A stretch of 63,150 bases of DNA, counting the filler, from Octopus bimaculoides (Eukaryota): the NCBI RefSeq assembly GCF_001194135.2. It is 5 parts of 5 records of this genome, joined end to end, with 100 filler letters (N's around TTAATTAATTAA, not from the genome) between each part and the next. Parts side by side here need not be neighbours in the genome. Positions count along the whole stretch, not along the records: positions 36,573 to 52,636 come from NC_068989.1; positions 52,737 to 59,487 come from NC_069009.1; positions 59,588 to 63,150 come from NC_069004.1; 2 more parts are not named here. One strand, given 5' to 3'. The stretch's first letter is position 1, and each line of letters starts with the position of its first letter. Below, piece by piece: positions 52,455 through 63,150 of the stretch. The notes under the pieces are model-generated. The model searched no databases and was not told the DNA's origin. It was given only the letters and a program-made list of their open reading frames with translations. Position numbers and translations under genes: made by a program.

Positions 52455-52625
52455 GGAGCACGTCGTGGCTGTATGATAAGAAGCTTGCTGCCAAACCACA
52501 TTGTTCCAGGCTCAGTCCCACTGTGTGACACCTTGGGCAAGTGTCTTCTACTATAGCCTCTGGCCGACCAAAGCCTTGTGAATGGATTTGGTAGACGGAA
52601 ACTGAAAGAAGACTGTCATATATAT
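52455..52625 (+). mobile_element. SINE family B, 5' half, cut by the gap
   Basis: caccttgggcaagtgtcttctactatagcctc...ggtagacggaaactgaaagaag. Confidence 0.85.
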
Positions 52626-52636
52626 ATATATGTATG

Positions 52637-52736
52637 NNNNNNNNNNNNNNNNNNNNNNNNNNNNNNNNNNNNNNNNNNNNTTAATTAATTAANNNNNNNN
52701 NNNNNNNNNNNNNNNNNNNNNNNNNNNNNNNNNNNN
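52637..52736. other. Assembly join linker
   Basis: 44N-TTAATTAATTAA-44N. Confidence 0.95.
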
Positions 52737-52739
52737 ATA

Positions 52740-54470
52740 TGTGGTACTCTTCCCAGGTACAAAATCAAGCTACATCTCATCTAGTTTAATTCTATCCCTA
52801 ATCAACTGAGCTATAACCCTCTCAGTAACTTTCATGACTTGGTCTAGCAGTTTAATACCTCTGTAATTGTTTCTATCTAAGGTATCACCTTTGTAACAGC
52901 TAACTATAATACTACTATACCAGGCCTTGGGGATGGTGCCTTCCTCAATAACCTGATTAACTAAACAGGTGCCTAAGCTGTATCCTACACCACCGGAACT
53001 TTTAATAATCTCGGCAGTGATTCCTGATGGCCCATGGGATTTCCCTGTCTTCATGTCCTTAATTGCTTTATCTGTTATGCTGCTATCAACTCTGATGGCT
53101 GGTCCCTCAAATGGTTCAATATTTAGTAGACTCTCCCTCTCCCATTCATTTCTAACATTTAGTGATCTTTCATAGTGATATTTCCATGTGATATTTCTTC
53201 TCGGAGTCACTAAGTGCAAGCATACCAATATCCATTCACACACATTTCTCACCCACCACATCTCTGTTCCCTCTGGTACCTCAAACCTCTGATCCTTATG
53301 CTGTAGAACATTTGCAAATCTCTTACCTTCAGCTCTACTTTTTGCTATATAAACCTGATGCTTTGTTGCCCTTTTGGCTACCTGATATAATCCTCGGCTT
53401 CCACTGTTTTTCCAGTCTTTTCAGACCTGTCTCTTTGCTTTTATAGCACTGTCTACCTCCTTGTTCCACCACCATGTCACCCTTGGTCTAGCTGAGACTC
53501 TGCATCAACCACAAACTTCGTCTGTAGCCATCAGTAAATTGTCCCACAGGAGCTTCCAATTGTCCTCTTAGCTGTATATCCCCAACTCTTCCTCTCTTTC
53601 GTCAGAAGCTTCCATGAAGAAATCTCTAAATTTTTGTCTGTTTACTGGGTCTTTGAGTTTCCTTGGTCTTTTTTTCCAGATTGGTTTATTTTTCTGGGTC
53701 TTTCCAGCTTTAATTCTGATGTCACTAACTAGTAACCTATGTTGGGTTGTACACTCTTCACCTGGGAAAGACTTTATATTTTTAAGCATCCATTTATCCC
53801 ATTGTCTGATGAGGAGGTAGTCAATTTGGTTTATGTACCCACCAGACTGATAAGTAATTAGATGGCTGGCTGGTTTCCTGAAGTTAGTTTTTCAGATCAT
53901 GAGATCATTTGCATCACAGAACTCAGGCAGTCTTGTTCCCTTCTCATTTCTAGGTTCAAAACCATAGCCCTCATGCACTCCTTGGAATCCATGGGGATGC
54001 TGTACAACATGTCCATTGAAGTCACCAGCCACAATAAGAAAGTCTCTGTCATTTGCCATTGAGGTAGTCTGCAAAAGGAACCCATAGGATTGGTCCTTCT
54101 GCTCATCAGTCAGCTCAGATCAAGGAGCATAGGCAGAGATAACTGTAAATGTTAATTTACCTATCATAAGTCTCATCTTAATTACCCTATCAAATACTCT
54201 GACTACCTCGGTTCCCTTATCTACCCACTTTTCTGCTAACAGTATGCCTACACCACCCACCCCATCCCTCCTGCCAACCTAGAGGAATTTGAATCTCTGT
54301 CTCTTATCTGTGAAGAATCTAGCTGAGGTTCCTCTCCATCTTCTTGCACACCACACACATCAACATGGTGTTGCTCCAACATTTCAATAATCTCCCCATT
54401 CCTTCCTTTCATTGTGCCAGCATTGATGGTGGAAGCCCTGAGATTGAGTATTTGGGAGTAGTGGCGGGAA
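52740..54470 (-). mobile_element. Decayed RTE-clade LINE, 5' part (APE endonuclease and start of RT)
   Basis: STINAGTMKGR...DVCGVQE, VGGVGILLAEKW, VISAYAP, FLIVAGDFNGHV, then KAIKDMKTGKSHGPSGITAEI...NYRGIKLLDQVMKVTERV. Truncated by the join. Confidence 0.92.
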
Positions 54471-54942
54471 AGTAGTTATGGAAATTTTGTCATCAGCTGA
54501 CGAGAAGATCTGCACAAACGCTTGCCAGCTAGTGTAGAGCTTTGGTACATAGTTTACCCAGTGAATTCAAATGAATCACAGTTTCCCCCATTCTGTACAA
54601 TATCCAGAGTAAGAGCCAACAAGAGATGAAGTGAGTATGAGAATGGAGAATGTAGGTTGACCTGGAAGAAAAGAAGAATAGGGTGGTTACGTAGGACAGT
54701 TGAAGGATTATGTATTTAAATATTTATAGATGTGGTACTTTTAATTATATATGACACTCCTGCACAGGAGGAATATATGAGTCACCAGGTGAAAAGTTAA
54801 TGCGCAAATTAAAATAGTGGGGGGAAGGGAGCATAAATGGTGTGCAAAAATGGACGCTGGGCACAGACCTTGTGCAGACTAAGTTTATGCACCACATAGA
54901 TAGACGGGCTTAGAAAAAAGTCGTAGTATTTAACTCTCATTA

Positions 54943-55307
54943 TTACCTCCACCTTAGCAAAGGCAGAGGTATTGTTTTCAGTCGTGTTTGTTTGTCCATG
55001 GACAAAATATCTCAAGAACTGCTGAATGGATTCAGATGTAACTTTCAGGGATGTTTGGCCTCGTGACTACCACGAACTGATTAAATTTTGAGATCGATCC
55101 TGTACCAGACAAGGATTCTGGATTATTTTTTCCTGTTTTTTTTACTTGATTTTTGAGAGCGGTTGGGTTCATTTTTAAGTATTCTCATTTGTGAGAGCAG
55201 TTGAGTTTATTTCAGATATTCTCATTTTAAAAATCATCTCTGGTTAATCATTGAGAGGATGTTGGTGTTGCTTTGACGGAGGTTTGTACTCTCTGAGTGC
55301 TCTTGTT
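54943..55307 (+). mobile_element. Helentron/Helitron2-type non-autonomous element (HINE-like)
   Basis: 5' ttACCTCCACCTT-agca-AAGGCAGAGGT hairpin, 3' sub-TIR gacggaggt, terminal hairpin gtactc-tct-gagtgc, T-rich flanks. Confidence 0.7.
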
Positions 55308-55689
55308 ATTATTGTTATCATTAATATTAATACTAAATTAATACACATGTACATTTTAATCAGCGAATTTATCACATAAGCATTTTGCAATGAGAAGGGG
55401 AGACTGGCTGAAATTGAAATGAAATTACATGTGGCCTTGGCAAAAGATATTAAAAGAAAGGGGGGAAATCCTAGATTCATTGACTAAGTCACGTTTGAAT
55501 AATAATAAGAACTTAGCTGTTGATTCATGAATGGTTGCAAAGAAATGGAACGATATTAGGACAACAGACACTGGGCATGGACCTTGTGCAAACTAACTTT
55601 ATATACCACATAGCTAGATGGGCTTAGAAGGAAATTCATAGTATTTAATTATCATCATCATCATCATCATCATTATTATCATATATTTG

Positions 55690-56725
55690 ACTTTTGCTTT
55701 GCATTTGTACAAGTTGACTCCAAGTCTCACCCAGAGACTTCAAGAGACAAGTTAGAAGTTCATGTTGGTGTTATGCCTAGGGTGCCATATATTTTGGTTT
55801 TGTAAGAAAATTATGAATTTGTTTTAAAATTTGAGATCACATAGACAGTATTTTACGTAGGATATGGGCAACTCCCATGAGCACTATCTTTTGAATTTCT
55901 GCCATTTTGTGGTATCTGAGCTAGGTAGCAATCAGCCCCTTTTGCTATCATTCCTAGGGTATCTATGACAACAGGTATTGTTTTAGTCTTGAGGTTCCAC
56001 ATTTTGCCAATTTCTAATTCAAGATCTTTATACTTGCTCAGGTTTTGGTAGGTTTTAGATACGTTTATATCGATTAGGACAGTCATATCAATGAGGAGGC
56101 ATGAATTTTGTCTGAAGTTCTTCAATATAATGTCTGACCTATTCGCATCTATCTTTCTGTCAGTTTGAATGGTAAAGTTCCAGAGAAGTAAGATGTGATC
56201 GTTTTTCAAGCACTGGCGTTGGTTTGTGTTCCCACCAGTTTTTATCATGGGGCAAGTCCAGGTTTTTGCAAATTATCTAGTGAATATATTGTGCTGCACT
56301 ATCGTGCCTGTTGAGATATTCTGTGAGGGCAAGAAGACTGCACTTGGAGACAACATGATCAATGGTTTCGTTTTGTTGTTGACATACATGACATATTGGG
56401 GAGCTGCCGTTCTTTAATATGCTGGCCTGGTAGTTTCTTGTAGGTAGGCATTGATCTTAGGCTGCTGTGATAAACCCTTCTGTTTCTGATTTCAAGCCAG
56501 AAGCCATTAGCCATTGATGGGTAAGGGCTTTGTCAACATCGGCATTATTAGCTCTCTTTGGGTATTTGCCATTGAGAGGTTTTTCTTGCCATTTATCAGT
56601 CAGAATAACTAAGGCAGCAGTTTTAGCATGGGTTTTCATGCACTTAGCTTTTTCTATGCTTCTTTCAAGTATGTCTAATTCTGGAATTTATTGTATTTGG
56701 AATTCACTTAGATATTCCTTTGCTT
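55690..56725 (-). mobile_element. R4/Dong-clade LINE 3' part (zinc knuckle, RLE endonuclease, 3'UTR)
   Basis: GLKSETEGFITAA, a CxxC...HV...C region, LLWNFTIQTDRKIDANRSDIILK...LLIDMTV and SKYKDLELEIGKMW. (GAT/TAA)n tail. Confidence 0.9.
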
Positions 56726-56901
56726 ACTAGCAATTGTTAAACAATTCAGTGATGACATCAGTATGTAATATGGCCTCGATAAATGTGCAAAAGCTACCTT
56801 TATAAAAGGAAAAAGGACAGAAACATCCAATGTTAATCTTGACCAGCAGAATGTCATAAAGGAATTAGGACCAGTGGAGAGCTACAATTACCTAGGGGTA
56901 T
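56724..56901 (+). mobile_element. Inverted RT segment of the same R4/Dong element
   Basis: Plus strand reads LLAIVKQFSDDISM*YGLDKCAKATFIKGK...VESYNYLGV, directly abutting the minus-strand part. Confidence 0.8.
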
Positions 56902-57476
56902 AATATTATTGTTGTTGTTGTTGTTATTATTACTATTATTAAGTTAATACACATACAATTTAATCATCAAATTTATTGCATAAGCATTTTGCAATGAGAA
57001 GGGGAGACTGGCTGAAATTGAAATGAAATTACATGTGGCCTTGGCAAAAGATATTAAAAGAAGAGGGGGGAATTCTAGATTCATTGACTAAGTCACATTT
57101 GAATAATAAGAAAAACGTAGCTGTTGATTCAAGAGCAAGCGAGCTGTTGATTCATGAACAGCAGCGAAGAAAATGTACAGGATATTTTTTTTTTTTATGG
57201 GGAAAATGGAAAAATAAGAGTGAATATTCTATTTTATGGGTGTATTAAGTTTATAAAATTGTGCATAAAGTATATAAAGTATATATATAAAGTGCATTAA
57301 GTAATCATTGTATTCCAGTTTCCTTCACTTTTCAATGAATAGCAGATGAGTGACCATCTTTCCATATTGACACAACACAGGCAACACTTTCAGGCTTTTT
57401 GGATAAAGGTTTACCATTAATTCCATGAAATTTTCATGGGTCCCACTAGTTATTATTATTATCATTATTATTATTA

Positions 57477-57692
57477 AGATGGTGAGCTGGCAGGATTGTT
57501 ACCACACTGGGAAAAATGCTTAGTGGCATTTGAACTGTCTTTATGTTCTGAGTTCAAATTCTTCTGAGATTTACTTTGCTTTTTCACCCTTTTGGAGTCA
57601 AAAAGTTAAGTACCAGTTGAACACTGGGGTTGATATAATCGACTTACCCCTCCCCCAAAATCGCTGGCCCCATGTGAAAATTTGAAATCATT
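57477..57692 (+). mobile_element. SINE family A
   Basis: ggtgagctggcagg...gagttcaaatt...taagtaccagttgaacactggggt. Confidence 0.85.
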
Positions 57693-57899
57693 ATTATTAT
57701 CTTCTTTCAATTTTGTTTCCATTTCTTACTGAGTGTCTTCCCAACACCTAGAGCAAAGAAACTCACTGTACACATTGATAGGCCATTAAGATAAACACAC
57801 TAGATTGTTCATTTACAAAGTCATGTGATAGAAGAAAAAATGGAAGAAAGGCAGAGGAATGAAGGGATAAAAGTGAAAGCAAAATCATTATTATTATTA

Positions 57900-59487
57900 T
57901 TTATGTCTAGCGTTGAATTTTTGGACACATGTGTTAAGTTTTCTGGAGGCAGAATAGTGACAGAGTTATTTTGCAAGCCCATGTCATCCTGCATTTACCT
58001 CCACCACCACTTCGATCCTCCACATCATATAATTCAATCAAATCCGAAATCCCAATCTTTGAGGATGAAATGGATTTTTATTGACACATGAGAAAACCTG
58101 GCAAGCCCAGTGAGACTATAATCCATGGCCTTTGTCAGGGGTGTAGCCAGACCACTTATGCGTACCTCTCCTTCATTGGACACTAAACTCTGCTTGCGAA
58201 GACCTGTTAGGGCAAGTGAAATCAAAATCATAATTTAACCGAATTCGATGACTGGCACCTGTGCCAGTGGAGCGCTAACAGCGCCATCCGAGCATGATCA
58301 TTGCCAGAGCAGCTGTCTGGATCCCGTGCCAGTGACACATAAATAGCACCATTTGAGCGTGATCATTACCAGCGTCGCCTTACTGGCACTTGCGTCGGTG
58401 GCACAGGAAGAAACATTTGAGTGAGGTCATTGCCAGTGCCGCTGGACTGGCTCCTGTGCAGGTGACATGTAAAATACACCATTTTGAGCATGGCCGTTGC
58501 CAGTACCTCCTGACTGGCCCTTGTGCCAGTGGCACGTAAAAGCACCAACTACACTCTCGGAGTGGTTGGCTTTAGGAAGGGCATCCAGCTGTAGAAACTC
58601 TGCCAGATCAGATTGGAGCCTGGTGCAGCCATCTGGCTTGCCAGTCCTCAGTCAAATCGTCCAACCCATGCTAGCATGCAAAGTGGACATTAAACGATGA
58701 TAATGATAATGGTGATGATGACAATAGGGGATTACTGGAAACATGCAAATGCTTTTGTACATTATTATGTCAGATGCAGTTACAGTGAATCCTGATTAAA
58801 GGAAATAGCAAATGAAATAGCTAAGATTAGCAAAGAATGTCAAACCTTCACACATGATTTTAGCAAACACAGTACAATATGTGACAGAATTCCTTTAGTG
58901 ATTAACTGGCACCAAAATTTTGCTGGCATTTCAAAAGTGCTGCATGAAAGTTACCAGCATATTGCAGAAAAATATCGTCATTTCAAACAAATATTTCCTC
59001 AGCCACCTATTGTAGCCTTTAGAAGGAATAAAAATATAAGATAACTATTAACCTCTTCTTCTGACTCCAAGGAAACTAACATTGGAGTATCTGCACGCTG
59101 TACCTTGAAAAACAGCCGCAAGAGAGGTAAGCCCTGTTCATTGTACAACAAGAGTCAAGTGAATTCCATCAGGAATCATAACAGAGATGTTATGATTTAT
59201 TCAGAAGGTGGGACATGTAGAGATTCCCATTTGGTATACATGGCAGAATCAATGAAAGACAAATTGATTTACGTTGGTTGTACAACAGAACAATTAAACA
59301 AAAGGTTTAATGGACACAGATTCGACGTCAGGCACAATAACAGTAGTTCGACAGAACTTGCATAAACATTTTGCATCAAATGGCTGCAATTTTGAAAAAG
59401 ACTTGAAAGAGAATATTCTCAGAAAATATTCTGAATCTGCTTCACTTTCACTTCTCAAAATGCATGAGAAGAAATATGTTTGCGAGT
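57900..59487 (+). mobile_element. Decayed Penelope-like retroelement (RT C-terminus and GIY-YIG endonuclease), interrupted
   Basis: VEFLDT...TELFCKPMSSCIYLH...QSNPKSQSLR, IFPQPPIVAFRRNKN and HLVY...IYVGCTTEQLNKRFNGHR. Truncated by the join. Confidence 0.85.
58100..58722 (+). mobile_element. RTE 3'UTR (family D) with internal tandem repeats, nested in the Penelope element
   Basis: Repeated tgccagtg...aaa..cacc units, the family D terminus, and a (GAT)n tail at ~58697-58722. Confidence 0.85.
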
Positions 59488-59587
59488 NNNNNNNNNNNNN
59501 NNNNNNNNNNNNNNNNNNNNNNNNNNNNNNNTTAATTAATTAANNNNNNNNNNNNNNNNNNNNNNNNNNNNNNNNNNNNNNNNNNNN
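59488..59587. other. Assembly join linker
   Basis: 44N-TTAATTAATTAA-44N. Confidence 0.95.
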
Positions 59588-59622
<35 letters not shown>

Positions 59623-59891
59623 TACATACATACACACACACACATATGTACATATACATGCACGAGATACGCAACCAGCCCGCGCATAATTTTCTACTTC
59701 CAGTACAGCTTACTCTTCTCTTTTTCCTCTCCTCTTTACTATAGATGTGTGTATACATACATACATATACACATATATACACATACATACATACACATAT
59801 ATATATGCTCCTTCTCTTTCTCACTTTTTTTTCTTCTAATTCCTCGCAATATTCCAGTTACCATTAACCAATATTACCTCTTTATTCTCTT

Positions 59892-59927
<36 letters not shown>

Positions 59928-60158
59928 CCCACACACACACACACACATCCCATCCACAATACCATTGTCATTCATTCCCTCACTCTACAACTCTCCCTTT
60001 ACCATTCCATTTACTGTTCCATGTTCCCCTTTCCTTTCTCCTTTTCGCTCCTTTTTTTTTTTTTTTTTTCCTATGTCGGTTCCGTCCGGTTCTACATCTC
60101 TGTCTTTTGCTATCATTTTTACCCATTTCTGTGTATATATATACATATATATATATAT

Positions 60159-60196
<38 letters not shown>

Positions 60197-60344
60197 GGAT
60201 AAAACTTACTCGGAAGAGGATGCGTGGCACTCAATCATATACTAATATAAAAAATATATATGCATATATACATACGTATATGTACATACTTACATCTATA
60301 CGTATATATATATATGCATATGTGGGCACGTAATGTATTTGAGG

Positions 60345-60385
<41 letters not shown>

Positions 60386-60485
60386 NNNNNNNNNNNNNNN
60401 NNNNNNNNNNNNNNNNNNNNNNNNNNNNNNNNNNNNNNNNNNNNNNNNNNNNNNNNNNNNNNNNNNNNNNNNNNNNNNNNNNNNN

Positions 60486-60521
<36 letters not shown>

Positions 60522-60708
60522 TACAGATATACATACGTATGTATCTATGTATGTATATATGTGTGTGTGTGTGTGTGTAGAATTATATATGCAGATAAAT
60601 ATATATACACACACACACACATATATATCTATATATATATATACGCACACATACGCATATACGCATGCATAAAAAAGAAGGAAGGAAAGAAAGAACAAAA
60701 GAAAGAAA

Positions 60709-60768
<60 letters not shown>

Positions 60769-61222
60769 AAAAAATAAAGAAAAAAATAAAGAAAAAAATA
60801 AAGAGAGAAAAGAAAGGGGGAGGATTTAACTCGGAATCCCGAGAGAAGGTGTTGGAGATGGGGTTGTTTCCCATGAAAATTTGTCTTCACATTTCCCACC
60901 TACAACCAGGACCAAGTACCAGAGAATGAACTCTCCTAGATCACCCAAGCCATTTACCACGTTCCACTGGGAACAGTTTGGTTACCCAAAGGCTACCACT
61001 ACGCTCGGATAACACTGGCCCACGAAGCTGCGCCCTGGGATTGAACTCAAAACCACTCGAACTGTTTCGTCAGTCATGTGTAAGCATATAGTGCTTCTAC
61101 ATACGTGAATATATGTACTTTGTACTTGTATGTGAGTCTTCACATTTCTCTATATGTATCTATATTTAGAAGTATATATATGAGTGTATGTATGTATGTA
61201 TATAAGTAAGTATGTATGTATT

Positions 61223-61593
61223 ATTCTTTTACTCTTTTACTTGTTTCAGTCATTTGACTGAGGCCATGCTGGAGCACCGCCTTTAGTCGAGCAAATCGAC
61301 CCCAGGACTAATTCTTGGTAAGCCTAGTCCTTATTCTATCGGTCTCTTTTGCCGAACTGATAGGCTACGGGGACGCAAACACACCAGCATCGGTTGTCAA
61401 GCGATGTAGGGGGACAAACACAAACACACAAATACGACGGGCTTCTTTCAGTTTCCGTCTACCAAATCAACTCACAAAGCTTTGGTCGGCCCGAGGCTAT
61501 AGTAGAAGACACTTGCCCAAGGTGCCACGTAGTGGGACTGAACCCGTAACCATGTGGTTGGGAAGCCAGCTACTTACCACACACTCCTGCGCC
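61223..61593 (-). mobile_element. SINE family B, full length
   Basis: Co-linear with 42574-42987. Confidence 0.9.
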
Positions 61594-62895
61594 TATATAT
61601 ATATATATGTATGTATGTATATATGTATGTATGTATATATGTATGTATGTATATATGTATGTATGTTCTCTTTCTCTTTTTAATTTAGAGTAAATTTTGA
61701 CCGGCCCTCAAGGATGTGAAGGAAAGCATCTTGTTTTGTCCGTCAACCTTTAAATCTCTTAAGAATATCTTGCAGATTGTTATTCTCCCATATNNNNNNN
61801 NNNNNNNNNNNNNNNNNNNNNNNNNNNNNNNNNNNNNNNNNNNNNNNNNNNNNNNNNNNNNNNNNNNNNNNNNNNNNNNNNNNNNNNNNNNNNNNNNNNN
61901 NNNNNNNNNNNNNNNNNNNNNNNNNNNNNNNNNNNNNNNNNNNNNNNNNNNNNNNNNNNNNNNNNNNNNNNNNNNNNNNNNNNNNNNNNNNNNNNNNNNN
62001 NNNNNNNNNNNNNNNNNNNNNNNNNNNNNNNNNNNNNNNNNNNNNNNNNNNNNNNNNNNNNNNNNNNNNNNNNNNNNNNNNNNNNNNNNNNNNNNNNNNN
62101 NNNNNNNNNNNNNNNNNNNNNNNNNNNNNNNNNNNNNNNNNNNNNNNNNNNNNNNNNNNNNNNNNNNNNNNNNNNNNNNNNNNNNNNNNNNNNNNNNNNN
62201 NNNNNNNNNNNNNNNNNNNNNNNNNNNNNNNNNNNNNNNNNNNNNNNNNNNNNNNNNNNNNNNNNNNNNNNNNNNNNNNNNNNNNNNNNNNNNNNNNNNN
62301 NNNNNNNNNNNNNNNNNNNNNNNNNNNNNNNNNNNNNNNNNNNNNNNNNNNNNNNNNNNNNNNNNNNNNNNNNNNNNNNNNNNNNNNNNNNNNNNNNNNN
62401 NNNNNNNNNNNNNNNNNNNNNNNNNNNNNNNNNNNNNNNNNNNNNNNNNNNNNNNNNNNNNNNNNNNNNNNNNNNNNNNNNNNNNNNNNNNNNNNNNNNN
62501 NNNNNNNNNNNNNNNNNNNNNNNNNNNNNNNNNNNNNNNNNNNNNNNNNNNNNNNNNNNNNNNNNNNNNNNNNNNNNNNNNNNNNNNNNNNNNNNNNNNN
62601 NNNNNNNNNNNNNNNNNNNNNNNNNNNNNNNNNNNNNNNNNNNNNNNNNNNNNNNNNNNNNNNNNNNNNNNNNNNNNNNNNNNNNNNNNNNNNNNNNNNN
62701 NNNNNNNNNNNNNNNNNNNNNNNNNNNNNNNNNNNNNNNNNNNNNNNNNNNNNNNNNNNNNNNNNTATATATATATATATACACATGCATGCATGCATAT
62801 ACATTTATTTCATAATATATGTGTGTCTATGTATGTGTATGCTTTTTAATGCATGGAAATTTACATCTGTGTACACACATATATATGTATATATA

Positions 62896-63117
62896 TTCTT
62901 TTACTTGTGTCAGTCATTTGGCGGCGATGGTGGATCACCGCCTTTAGTCGAGCGAATCGTTCCTAGGACTTATTCTTTGTAATTCTAGTACTTATTCTAT
63001 ATGTCTCTTTTGCCGAACGGCTAAGTTACGGAGACGTAAGCGCACCAGCATCGGTTATCAACCGATGGTGGTGGGGAGAGAAACACAGACACACAAACAT
63101 ATACACACACATATGTT

Positions 63118-63118
<1 letters not shown>
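62896..63118 (-). mobile_element. SINE family B, 3' half, cut by the window end
   Basis: cgcctttagtcgagcgaatcg...ctagtacttattctat...gcaccagcatcggtt. Confidence 0.85.

Positions 63119-63150
<32 letters not shown>

Larger units (their letters stand above)
54850..57170. repeat. Local tandem duplication (unit 1 at 54850-55530, unit 2 at 55565-57170)
   Basis: Block B at 54850-54940 matches 55565-55655. Block A at 55338-55530 matches 56944-57170 and contains an identical run of about 80 bp. Confidence 0.85.

Noticed and set aside
54470-54720. Possible HDV-like ribozyme in the RTE 5'UTR
   Set aside because: I could not build the nested double pseudoknot by eye; it would need a descriptor search.
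58240-58560. Regularly spaced tgccagtg... repeats resembling a CRISPR array
   Set aside because: Eukaryotic context, degenerate units and related spacers; these are internal repeats of the RTE 3'UTR.

Overview
AT-rich, microsatellite-rich, gapped eukaryotic DNA. The repeat families (tRNA-derived SINEs, RTE, R4/Dong, Penelope, Helitron) point to a coleoid cephalopod, most likely Octopus; this is inferred from remembered repeat families, not a database hit. Four 100-bp linkers (44 N + TTAATTAATTAA + 44 N) show the window is five joined scaffold pieces. No complete host gene can be read. Most ORF-track entries are microsatellite or N artefacts; the rest are largely decayed transposon ORFs. Recognisable content: about 20 SINE copies in three families, decayed LINEs (HERO-like, L1/Tx1, RTE, R4/Dong), a Penelope element split by an RTE tail, three Tc1/mariner fragments, a composite Helitron, a Helentron-type element and several MITEs. 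A few candidate exons and promoter-like patches are also present. Best leads: (1) a near-intact minimal type-I hammerhead ribozyme about 80 bp downstream of (TTAGGG)5, plus a second decayed hammerhead; (2) fold-back MITEs with TTAGGG in their loops; (3) an R4/Dong insertion with a 5' inversion in twin-priming geometry; (4) a tandem duplication whose two copies each received a different element at the same microsatellite; (5) a Helitron with two 5' ends and one 3' end.
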